This document shows positions 25,066 to 36,539 of a stretch of 64,000 bases of DNA, piece after piece. The translations under genes and the position numbers were made by a program. The notes below the pieces were generated by a model. That model was not told the origin of the DNA. It saw nothing but the letters and a program-made list of their open reading frames with translations, and ran no database searches. Where the stretch lies: contig NC_043005.1 in NCBI RefSeq assembly GCF_006345805.1, positions 56,606,001 to 56,670,000 of the forward strand, written 5' to 3'. Within the stretch, counting starts at the first letter, position 1. Each line of letters starts with the position of its first letter. Origin of the DNA: Octopus sinensis (lineage: Eukaryota).

Positions 25066-25790
25066 GGCATTTATTCTTCTACCAGAGAAAAGAGTTTGCT
25101 TCTCAATATTTTCCGATTTAACAGCTGGGCAGATTTTGGGTTTACTGACCAAATATTCAACGCACATGATTATCAGAACTTATGTTGTAGCCTGCAAATT
25201 CATAAAAATGCATTGAACTCTGTAAAAAAAAACAGTTGGAGTCGAGAACCATCAAAACTTGAAATTCCCAGGACAAATCAGAGTGCAGAACGGGTAAGCA
25301 AGTGCCTTCAAAATCTCTATGATGTTTGTAAAAAGGAGAAACATCAGCTTCGATTTATTTTATCTAAAACATATTAATTCGTTGTTATGTTTAAAAATTT
25401 GTTAACATCCAGCACCCTTTTTCTTATACAGTTATTTAAAATTGGAATTAAGCCTATAAAGTTAAAAATATGTATTGTTTTTAATTTTGTATGTTATCGA
25501 ATGCTTGTAGTGGCCTCTGTCTTAAAATAGCCTAGTTTTGAACCTTTGCATAGAGCAATTTCAATTCAGTAATATACACTTTTATTCCACATCTCTCTTG
25601 CGTATTCAAGGATTTAGGAAGCGAACTCCGAAGCTACTTCAACTAGAAAGCTGAAATTTCAGATATACTATTTCTGCATTGCATTGAGTCAGCACATCAA
25701 GCTTGGTAAAAATTTGAGCAGGCGTTATGAACACCCACTATAATTTTGCATGAGTTGGGTCAAAAGTGGTGATCGATTTCTTAAGTTGGG
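25065..25790 (+). mobile_element. Probable DNA-transposon relic (transposase C-terminus plus 3' subterminal region), family unassigned
   Basis: Non-repetitive frame 25065-25377 contains IPRTNQSAERVSK, an N..AER.VK-type motif recalled from transposase C-termini. Confidence 0.35.
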
Positions 25791-26429
25791 GGTGATGTTT
25801 TTTTCCTTTATAAAATTGTTCATCGAATTACAGTATAGGATTATTAGGTTGTGAAAAAGTCATAGCTCTAATGCATATGCTACATAAATTAGGATGAAAC
25901 TACACGGATGTAGGCGTTTCTCCAATATCAACTTCATTCAAAGTCCACATGCCTGTTTTACGTATTTCACAGGGCTTTGAATTAACAGAAGCAGTAGGGT
26001 CATCAGCATCACCTTTTTTGGTGGGGCAGGGGTGGATCAAGTTACGTTCTTTTAAATTCTGATTAAGAATCCCACATGGTCAAGTTTCATTTACTTTCCT
26101 TTCATCTCGGCATCGATAAAAATAGACGCTAGTCATGTTCTGGTAGCAAATCAATCGACAATTCCCCACATATGTGAATTGTAATCTCATGCCAGTATGT
26201 GAAATCAACAGTTTTATCAATTATGAGAAGCCACAGGAATGAATCACTTCCATGAGAGATGGGAAACAAATATGTTGATGAGAGATCAACACTAGCCTAT
26301 CCTTAGTAAAGATGAGCGAGTAAATTTGTGCACGGCACAAGGAAGAAAACCCTTTAGTAAAATGTGAACTCTCAACGTGTTGGTAAATTATGAAAAGAAG
26401 CATGAAGCACAGTAACAAAGTTAATGCAT

Positions 26430-26593
26430 TATCATGTGATCACGTGACCGCCGAGGCTATCAGATATTGCTGAACATCGCTGGTCACAATGCGCTTCGCA
26501 TTGTTTTAGCCTTCAAATGACGCCACCCCGCTGGCCTACAGAAGAAAGAATGGGAGAAAGTTGTGGTGAAAGAGTACAGCAGGGATCACCACC
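26430..26593 (-). mobile_element. SINE fragment sharing a central domain with the adjacent SINE
   Basis: A 40-bp block at 26554-26593 is the exact reverse complement of 26842-26881. Confidence 0.7.
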
Positions 26594-26705
26594 GACAGCG
26601 GGTTTAAGATATTACACCACACGTTTAATAAATGTTATCTAAATAGATCGGCTAATCGCCGACTAGTTTCTCTTGTATGTTTTTGTTTCGTATGTAATAA
26701 GCCAC

Positions 26706-27105
26706 AGTGGAGGCGCAATGGCGCAGTGGTTAGGGCAGCGGACTCGCGGTCGTAGGATCGCGGTTTCGATTCCCAGACCGGGCGTTGTGAGTGTTTATTG
26801 AGCGAAAACACCTAAAGCTCCACGAGGCTCCGGCAGGGGATGGTGGTGATCCCTGCTGTACTCTTTCACCACAACTTTCTCTCACTCTTACTTCCTGTTT
26901 CTGTTGTACCTTTATTTCAAAGGCCCGGCCTTGTCACTCTCTGTGTCACGCTGAATATCCCCGAGAACTACGTTAAGGGTACACGTGTCTGTGGAGTGCT
27001 CAGCCACTTACACGTTAATTTCACGAGCAGGCTGTTCCGTTGATCGGATCAACCGGAACCCTCGTCGTCGGAACCGACGGAGTCCTTCCATCCATCCATC
27101 CAATA
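26706..27105 (+). mobile_element. Full-length tRNA-derived SINE (family D)
   Basis: A box TGGCGCAGTGG, B box GGTTTCGATTCC, unique body, (CCAT)n tail. Confidence 0.82.
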
Positions 27106-28698
27106 AGCCACAAAGTCGACATTCAAAGCAATAGATTTTGTTTTTGAAGGTGCATATGAAACAAACATTGTCAGAGAAAGTGGGTATGGGACTGTGCCAG
27201 ATAATGATGCTTTGAAAGAAGGATAATGTGCTGGAACAGGAACGAGAACACGCAAACAATTTAGGTTGGTTGAAGCAAAGAGTATAAGGTGATATAGACC
27301 ATAACAACGTGCTAATTGTGGTAGCGGCTGAAGGAAGGGAAAGGGTGTTCAGGAAAGAAATGGTGAGTAGCAGGGGTGATTTGGAACAAAGAGAAAAGTT
27401 ACTCAGGATGATTCGCTGGAAAGGTCAGGTAGTGAGGTGGAAGTAAGGAGAATGGAATGCGTTTCATAATGAGGAGGGTATGGACAGAATCAAGTGTGGT
27501 CATTGGCTAGGGAACGACATCTTTGTCGTAGGGAACGACAGGAGTACTTCAATGCCTGGTTGGTAGTAACCATATTGGTAACACTCTAGCCCGACCCCGG
27601 TAGGACTTAGGTGATGACGGAGGTGATGACGGAGACATTATGAGTAAGAGATAGCTGATTTATTGTGAATGAGGTGGAAGAAGAAGAAGAAATGGAGGTA
27701 TGTGTGAGAGGTTTATAAAAGATGTCGATGAGAAGTTAAGGTAATTGGTTCAAACTAACACGTCTGAGAAATTAGCAGAAGTATTAGCGAGGATAGATGT
27801 GAATTCGAAAATAAGGTGGAAGGATTTGACGAAATAAATGAAGAAGGTTAGGTGTTTGTTTTTAAGGGAAATGGCGCCGATACTGTGATTTAAGCAATGC
27901 CTGAATAGCACTAGATGAGTCAGTGTTACATGGGAACATCTGAAAGAGTTGCGTATGTTGAACTTGATCAGAGAAAACCACAATAGATTTTAAAATTTAA
28001 TCTATGTCTTCTTTCTGTTTTCTGCTACGACAAAGTATAATTTAAGGGAGATTTGACAGTTATTTCTAGCAAACAGATCGAGACCTCCCTTCACGCACAG
28101 GCTCCCCATACTACCTCGTCATTGAAAAGTGTTTGACATTTAAGCGGTTCTATTTAAAGAAGTCTGAATTGATAAGTAGCTGCTGAATACGTATCAAATG
28201 TCCAGCGGGTTTTGATTTAAAATTAAAATCAAAAAGGCCGTTTTTCTCCACCATCACCAACACCACAGCCACCACCATCACCAAAACCACCACTACCTCC
28301 ATCACCACTACAGCTGCGGCTACACCACACCTGCATCATGTAGATCTAATATTCATGTGCTACGAGTTGGCGATTGTGATTCTCGCTTGGTGTCCGTTTT
28401 GTCGTCTCTCAGCTCTAACTTGTATGAAACCAGATAAACATTAATAATGGGAAAATACGTGATGTGTTTGCTGTATCATATTGTTTTGTTGTTTTTGTTT
28501 AAATAACAATGTGTGTCGTTGTTGTTGTTGTTGTACTTCTACTTAGTCCAGTGTGGATATATTACCCTATCGGTCTCTGTGTTTGTGTGTGTATGTGTGT
28601 GTGTGTGTGCGTATGTGTGTGTGCGTGTATGTGCACATATAGATGCATGTGTACATATATGTAGAGATAAGCATACACATATATACGTATATATATAT

Positions 28699-28733
<35 letters not shown>

Positions 28734-28747
28734 TATAGATATACGTA

Positions 28748-28785
<38 letters not shown>

Positions 28786-28865
28786 TATACATACATGCGA
28801 GTAAGTGGACAAATGAAAGAAGGGCATTCAACAAATTTACTGGGAGTTACATGCATGGATCAAAT

Positions 28866-28998
28866 CAGTTTGATTCAAATTTGTTGGTAGCCTGAGTTTC
28901 AGGCGTGATGCAAGTCTTCAACCATTTTCAAATTCAAAATGGTTGAAGACTAGTATCGCGCTTGAAACTCGGAGTACCAACGAAATTGATTCAAACTG
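28866..28998. repeat. Inverted repeat (about 62-bp arms) made of two hammerhead motifs
   Basis: Plus arm ATGG-TTGAAGA-...-GAAACTC-G-GAGTA^CCAA (cleavage after 28976); the minus arm 28884-28925 is a degenerate copy. Confidence 0.85.
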
Positions 28999-29004
28999 TT
29001 TCGA

Positions 29005-29558
29005 TGCATATGTATATTGGCTATCGATCGCCGGTGACCCTGCCATAATGTGGGTTCCAATAAGCCAGCAGGAATTTCTTGAAATGTAAGCATAGTCTGA
29101 AGACCGTCGTTCTGGAGTTAAGGATGTTCCATGGGTCGAGGAAGTCCTTTTGGATCCTCGCCCGTTCTTCTATGCATAATTCACAGCGCTTGGTCCCGCT
29201 TATGTAGGGACCTGGATTTTCTAGGATTCTCCATGATATTGTGTATGAAACCCCGCCGTCTGCCAGCTACCATACATAATGACGTGACGTATCTCTTTTC
29301 TGGTATCCTGAAGGAAGAGGTGTTGTTTGAACGAGTTCCAATAGCAGCCGATGTATCTCCGTAATCGGGTGTTGGCGGCGCTGTGCCTGTTGATGTTGAC
29401 GTTGCTGCCGCCGCTGTTGCTGGAACTGGCACTGTTGGTGATGGTGCTGTTGGTGTTGGCGCTGTTGGTGTTGGCGCTGTTGATGCTGGCGCTGTTACTG
29501 TTGGAGTCATTCGAGGTGGCGATGGTGTAGGTACCGCCACTGCCGGTGTTGGTGAAGG
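29005..29558 (-). mobile_element. Penelope-like element, GIY-YIG endonuclease 3' part (inverted copy)
   Basis: Minus strand N/S-rich linker then RRYIGCYWNSFKQHL...EKRYVTSL; homologous to 30372-30745. Confidence 0.8.
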
Positions 29559-30760
29559 ATGTTAGTAAGAAGATCCCGAACCTTCCCTCCAGCCAAGAGA
29601 TTTTTTGATACAGCAGCCCCCTATTATAACGAGACCCAAGCTGCTAGGGGATTTAGAAACCGCATTTCCTACATGCCGGATCCCAGCATCCATAGAAGGA
29701 AGCGCTGCAAAATAGCATTTGGTTTACCCACTCACCTCTTTCTTACCGTAAAAACGTATGTGGTTAAGATATTCCTAAAGTTGATGAATAAACATCTCAC
29801 AAGTTCATATAGGTATGGACGCATTTTCAATAGGCACAACTTTAGGGTCTCTTTGAGCTGTGCTCCCAGTTTAAGAGCAATCTAGTTAGCACCCCCAGAC
29901 TACGAGCTGAGGCAAGATGCTCGTGCAGGAACCGCAGCAGATGCCCAGTGAGGGGTCACTGCGAAACCAATGGAGTCATCTATGAAGCTGAGGTACTGGC
30001 CGACCCTAACAGCAGCAGCAACATCAGCAGCTCTCCTAAGGGCTACGACAGCAGCAGGGATGTCAGCACCAGTAGCAGCAGCAGAATAAGCGCGAACAGA
30101 ACCAACAGCACCATTGACAGCGATAACAATAACATCTACGACAGCAATGGTAATATTCGTAACGACAGCAGCAACATCAACAGAGCTTCCCTAACGGCAA
30201 CAGTAGCAGATTCGACAGTTACAATAGCAGCAGTGGCAGTGCTATCGCCAATGATAACAACAATAACCGCAACGACAGCAACGGAAATAGCTGCTGAGCC
30301 ATCGCCAATGACATCTGTAACAGCAATGACAGAACTTCCCTCAATGACGATGGCCATAATAATAACAACAGCACTTTTAGCAACACCGGCAGTGGCAGCA
30401 CCAACACCATCGTCACCTCCAATGATGCCAACACCAACAGCGCCAGTTCCAACGACAGCGGTGGCAGCAACGTCAACAACAACAGACACAGCACTACCAA
30501 TACCCGACCACGGATATACATCGCTGCTACGGGAACTCGTTCAAACAACGCCTCCGGAAAGGATATACGCCACGTCATTAGCCAGCCATGTATGGCAGCT
30601 GATAGACGGCGGAATTCCACACACAGTATCAGCTACCATCCTTAACTCCGGAGGTCTTCGGACCTTGCTTACATTTCAGGAAATTCCTTCTGGCCTATTG
30701 AAACCCACAGGATGGCAGGGTCACCGGCGATTGATAGCCAAGGGGAGATAATCTCCTTTG
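29559..30760 (+). mobile_element. Penelope-like element, RT C-terminus/linker and GIY-YIG endonuclease, decayed
   Basis: SQEIFDTAAPYYN, IFNRHN..VSLSCAP, CSCRNRSRCPVRGHCETNGVIYEAEV, a low-complexity insert, then YIAATG/NSFKQRL and YATSLASHVWQL. Confidence 0.85.
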
Positions 30761-30934
30761 TTGACATTGAGTAACGTGGTCTTTCTTTCTGCATATTCTA
30801 GAAGGGCAATTCGCCAGAGAGGCCTTAAGGTAACAGGTTTGGGGATCTGAATATACATCATAAAGCTAAGAGCCTTTATGAATGGGAAATCTAAGCTAAT
30901 CCCATGAACCAGCCTAATCTAACTTTAATAAATA

Positions 30935-30990
30935 CTAACAGAGATACCCGGCGTTGCTCGGGATAAAATGGCATAGTTTTTAATTGTTTT
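30935..30990 (-). mobile_element. Helitron 3' terminal fragment
   Basis: Minus strand cccgagcaacgccgggtatctctgTTAG|T, the same hairpin as 22773 and 34122. Confidence 0.6.
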
Positions 30991-31213
30991 ACTTGTTTCG
31001 GTTATGTGGCTGTGGCTATGCTGGAGCACCGCTTTAAGTCGAAGAAATGGACCCCAGTATTTATTCTTTGCAAGCCTACTACTTATTCTATTGGTGTGTT
31101 TTGCCAAATGGCTACGTTACGGGGATGTTGACACAGCAACATCGGATGGTGGGGGTACAAACACAGACACACATATATATACATATATACATATATATAT
31201 TTACTATATATAT

Positions 31214-31308
<95 letters not shown>

Positions 31309-31518
31309 TACGTACATACACACAAATACATATATAAGCACATTCAGACGCACATACACATACACACATATATACATATGTATACACATGTGTCTATATA
31401 TACATATATGTGCATATATATGTATACATATGCTTCTGTATCTATATGTAGCTATATAATACTTTACATGTACCACGTCCTCGCGTTGTGTTTTGTGTTT
31501 GTTCTTATTATATGGATT

Positions 31519-31549
<31 letters not shown>

Positions 31550-31550
31550 A

Positions 31551-31727
31551 CAAATACGAAAGTGGTGGAGAAGATATAAAATCGAGACAGACACCAGCTG
31601 GTAAACATTCTTGTATGTCTATTTATTCAAATGTACATTCATCCAATACATTTGAATAAATAGACATACTGGAATGTTTACCACCTGGTGTCTGTCGATT
31701 TTATATCCTCTTCACTTTCTTATTTGC
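31551..31727. repeat. Foldback palindrome, about 80-bp arms, 11-nt loop
   Basis: gaaagtg...gacaccagctggtaaacattc..gtatgtctatttattcaaatgta / tacatttgaataaatagacatac..gaatgtttaccacctggtgtc...cactttc. Confidence 0.9.
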
Positions 31728-31901
31728 CGTATAAATCAAGGATAAACCACTTTTTACCACCACCCATTTATAATACTCATTTGCGAAATTGCCACGCAAT
31801 AACTAGCACTTGGGTATGAATAATTGGGTACACTACCAGCAGTATATTGGATAGGTACTATCCCTTAGTTGGTTTCTCAACCTCTAACTCATATATAGAC
31901 G

Positions 31902-31982
<81 letters not shown>

Positions 31983-32006
31983 TTATATATGCATGTGTGT
32001 GTGTAT

Positions 32007-32240
32007 AGATTGACATATTTTGGTCATATCATGCTGAGAAAATCCCTGGAGAAGGACATCATGCTCGGAATGGTCAGTGGCAAGAGAGGAAGAGGACGAC
32101 CAAGAACCCGCTGGCTTGACACCATCAAGCGTGACCCGGGAATGACCATAGCCAATCTGAAAGAAGCGACCCAGGGTAGTACTGGCTGGAGGACACTGAT
32201 CCATCGAGTAACCGAGAGTCGACTTCGACTGAGCGGATAG
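32007..32240 (+). mobile_element. RTE/BovB-like LINE 3' end
   Basis: LTYFGHIM..SLEKDIMLGMVSGKRGRGRPRTRWLDTIK...WRTLIHRVTESRLRLSG*. Confidence 0.88.
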
Positions 32241-32262
32241 ATAGATAGTATGTGTGTGTGTG

Positions 32263-32415
<153 letters not shown>

Positions 32416-33075
32416 GGGAGTATAACTCCAAACTTACAGGGAAAAATTCAATTTAGTATTAAATCAAATTTCACAATATAAATATATAATACATAAATTA
32501 GAGAAAAAATCACTATTATGCAATTCAATTACGCAATTCTCTAATTTATATATATATATATCATTGTCCGACTACTGGATGCTGTTATAGACTACTAGCA
32601 ACAATGCACCAACTCGCATTGTTGTAGCTTTTGAATGATGCTACCCAACCGGGTAGACGAGCAGGCACAACATTCCACCAAAACAGAATGCCAGTCTATC
32701 TCAGGAATACTCCTTTGCAGCTCAGTAAATTGGAACAACGAGAAAATGAGTCTTCTTCTCCTTTTTTTTTTTTTTTTTGGCTCAACAACATAAAAGAACG
32801 CCGATCTGGAAATCAAAACCACGATCCGGCGTACAACACCCTGACTGTAAGCCACGCCCCTTTGAAGACACCAACAGGACCATCCTTGCAAAGAAAAGTA
32901 AATGGAAGTAAAACAAGGAAACTACAACTAACCACGACAACCCAACCTTCCCGTACACACTGTGCGTTCATGCCTGTTTGTCCCGAATAGTACTTGTTAG
33001 ACATCAGCACAATCTCTCACGAATACAAACCAAGGGGGGGCGGGGTCATATGAATTCTTTGAAGCATCAACTTAC

Positions 33076-33123
33076 CCTCCATATCAGGAGGTGGGATCTG
33101 AAACAGCTCGCCTGAAATAGTTT
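33076..33123 (-). other. Candidate micro-exon (36 or 48 nt)
   Basis: Donor G|GTAAGT at 33076/33075; acceptors ctatttcAG (exon from 33111) and ttttacctccAG (from 33123); frame ETISGELFQIPPPDME. Confidence 0.3.
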
Positions 33124-33748
33124 CTGGAGGTAAAATATTTGAAAACAATAAGCAATTAAACCACAAAGCGAAAACTTTCAACACGCCATATAATTTGAAC
33201 AAATTTCTGTCAGCCGCAATGCTTGCCTTGTGATATTAATCATGAATCGGAGTGTGTACAAGTTGAAAACATAATAGTCACAACTATATTATAACTAATT
33301 AACATTAACTTAGCATTTTGGAGGGGAAAATAATCTCTTCTACAATGACTCAGGGTTGAAAAAAATTGTATGAATCATATGTACAAGCGCGTCGGGCAAA
33401 ATCCTTAGCGGAATTTCTTTCGACTGTTTACGTTCTGAGTTTAAATTCCTTCGAGGTCGACTTCGACTTGCATTTTTTGGAATCGATATTATAAGTACAA
33501 GTTGAATACTAAGATTGTTGGTATTGTACCAAGATTTGAAACCACTGTTTAGCATATTGGTAATTCATTTTCCAGTTTTAATAAGGATTTGAAATTAATT
33601 TTGTAGAGTTCTTTTAAGTCATTCCTTGTGGAATAACTATCACTATTCAAAAGAAAATAGTTGACAGGACTTCTTTGTGCTATAAAAAAACTCGACAGGG
33701 AATTCTTTTTACCACATTTTCCGGCATACAATTCAAGCCAACCTAGTA

Positions 33749-34122
33749 TCTCTCTATATATAAACGGCAGTTTGTCTGTGCGTGTTTCTGTGTGTCTGTT
33801 TGCTTGTACCCTCACCCTGACCACGGCTTTCAACCGATTCTGATGAAACTTGACACACACATAGCCCAATGTCATAATTCAAAACTAACGCAGAGAAAAT
33901 TTTGAAAAGTTCCCCCCAGTTCTGAAAAAAATCGATAAATTCGACATGGGGTCGAGAATCAGAAACACAAACCACAAACTGTCTAGGGGACGCAACTCCA
34001 CCTTTTTTAACTCTCAAAAAAAAATTTACTATCATTTTTTCCATTTTTTTGCTATAACTCTCTAAAAATGCTTTATAGTTATTTCCCTTACAAACCTGAG
34101 CAACGCCGGGCGATACTGCTAG
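33749..34122 (+). mobile_element. Complete non-autonomous Helitron
   Basis: A|TCTCTCTATATATAAACGGC...CTGAGCAACGCCGGGCGATACTGCTAG|T. Confidence 0.88.
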
Positions 34123-36348
34123 TATGATATAAATATGAAGCGTAAACATTCAAACAATGTCCCTATCTTTCAAAATCCTGCTGTATTTCACATAGAAGTT
34201 TTGGTCCTCCAAAGTCGTCTTGGTGTGTTTGTTGATGTATCTTTTTTCGCTGTAAATTTTGGTCTGAAAAATTCAACTTGTATGCCGGAAAATACAGTAA
34301 ATAGAATGGAAACTATGAATCATACTGTAATGATTATTTTGTCCAAAGGAATAGACTGATAATTATTTTTAAATAAGCGACTGAAATACTGTAGGGATGA
34401 TGAGAGGAAGAAAAGATGAATGGGGCATTTGGTGGTAAGTATCCTCGTAGCGCACAGTTTGAAGATGAACAGAATCTCTTGTAACAGCAGCAGAAGATAT
34501 AGCAGAGTAGTGCGTTATTGCGATCTATATAGGTAGATTTTTGTGGTGGGGGGGATGACTGATTCTTACCCAGGTCAGCCCAGCTTAATTTCCAGTCGTA
34601 ACCATACTGTTAGTTATTGTTATGTAGGACTACATCATCTCATGATTTCTTTCCTTTTCCAAGACTAGGGGCGTAGCAAAGAGGTAGGCGTCGAGGTAGT
34701 TTTTTTCCAAACTGTGTGAACAAACCCAAAATTTTCTTCAGACTGATATTTTCATAACTATTTATTAAGGTGGAGGGTGCCAAAAGTTTCCGATTTTCCT
34801 TTTTTGCTTTCTTCCCGGTACTAAGAACTCTTGCTAAGCTATTGCTCAAGTCGGTAATACGTGATTTGAAGGAACTTTGGTTGCTCTCTCTTGCAAATGT
34901 TTTCACATTGATTGAAGTTTCTAGTCATAGTAGCTTTATGGCTTCTGTTGGTCAATATTCACCATGCAGTTGCACATATATATGTCGGCTTCTTTTATCT
35001 TTTATCTCCTACTTGTTTCAAAAAGAATCATCCATAAGAATCAAAAAGAATCATCCATAACTTGCAGTAAGCAACATTTATTAAACGTTATTACTGTTAC
35101 TTCTTTATTTTCTGCAAACAAAATGCACAAAAAAGCTACACATTTGCATTATGTTATATATACAATAATAATAAAGGACGTTACCGTATGCATTTTTACA
35201 AACCAAGGACGTTATATAGACCTCCGTGACTCAAGTTAGAGAAGGGGTGCATATTATACACAAGGTTTAGGTTTTTCAGGGGTACAGCCCCCTAAAAATC
35301 ATCTGCGTATTATACTCAAGGGCGGACTATACACGAAGATTTACGGTACTAGGGGTCGATTCATTCGACTAAACCTTCTTCAATGCGGTGCCCCAGCATG
35401 GCCGCGAAATAATGATTGAAACAAGTAAGAGATAAAAGAATAAAATATTTTATCCTTACATCTAAAACGACTGCATTCTTTTATTCTATAAAAAAAAATC
35501 GCTGTCATTTAGCTGAGGCCATGCTGGATCACCGACTAGTTGACCAAGTCACCCCTAGTATTTACTCCAAGTGTGACCCTTATCGTATTGCATTGTTTTC
35601 TGTTTTGTTTTTGCCTTTTGTTGTTTGTTTTTTGCCGAACCGCTTCAATACGGGGACGTAAATAAATCTACACCGGTTGTTAAGTTGTGAGAGATAAACA
35701 CACACACATTCACCTATACACACATTCACCTATACACACATACACTTACACACACACACACACACAAACACACATACACACACACTTACATTCACCTACA
35801 CACACTCATACACTTACACACACACAATTCATACACACACATACAGCGAGTTTCTGCTCATTTTCCTTTCTATCAAATCCATTCAGATAGTATTGAGCAA
35901 ACCGGGTTGAAGACATTTGCTCATGATATTGTGTGACTGAACCCGAAATCACGTGGTTCGAAAGAGAACTTCTGAACCAGACACCCGTGCCTGCACTTAT
36001 ATGACATTTCATTTCCACATATGCAGTATTCAACTTCAGCTTGCCACGGCGCCGAAATCCAGCTTACCTAACAAGCTCTGGACTAGTCCTCATAGAGTAC
36101 CCCAAAGGATTCACACATCTGCTGCTCTTTACAAAAGCAGCGATCTATCGTGTTTTATTTATTTTAGTTATTGGGTTACGGCCATGCTGGAGCACTTCCT
36201 TGAACGGTTTAGTCGAACAAATCGACTCTACATATTTTTTAAACGCGGTTCTTATTCTATCGGTCATTTTAAACAAACAACACTGGGTACCAAGCGGTGG
36301 AGGAACAAAACACAACACACAAAGACGCGTGCGAGCGAGTACATGAAC

Positions 36349-36433
<85 letters not shown>

Positions 36434-36539
36434 TACATACATACATATATGTACATACCTACATATATATGTATATATGCATGCATATATGGGTATAGGA
36501 CATCAAAAAACGTTGAACACAATGAGTCTCATTGTACTC

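Noticed and set aside
26706-26790. tRNA-like sequences at SINE heads (also 9199 and family A heads)
   Set aside because: They have A and B boxes but no complete cloverleaf or acceptor stem and run into SINE bodies; not called as tRNA genes.
27110-28000. Strongly purine-skewed unique block, possibly an antisense LINE
   Set aside because: No diagnostic RT, endonuclease or RNase H motif could be read; left unannotated.
34640-35060. Overlapping 88-aa and 96-aa ORFs
   Set aside because: No recognisable domain; they lie among MITE-like ends and short duplications.
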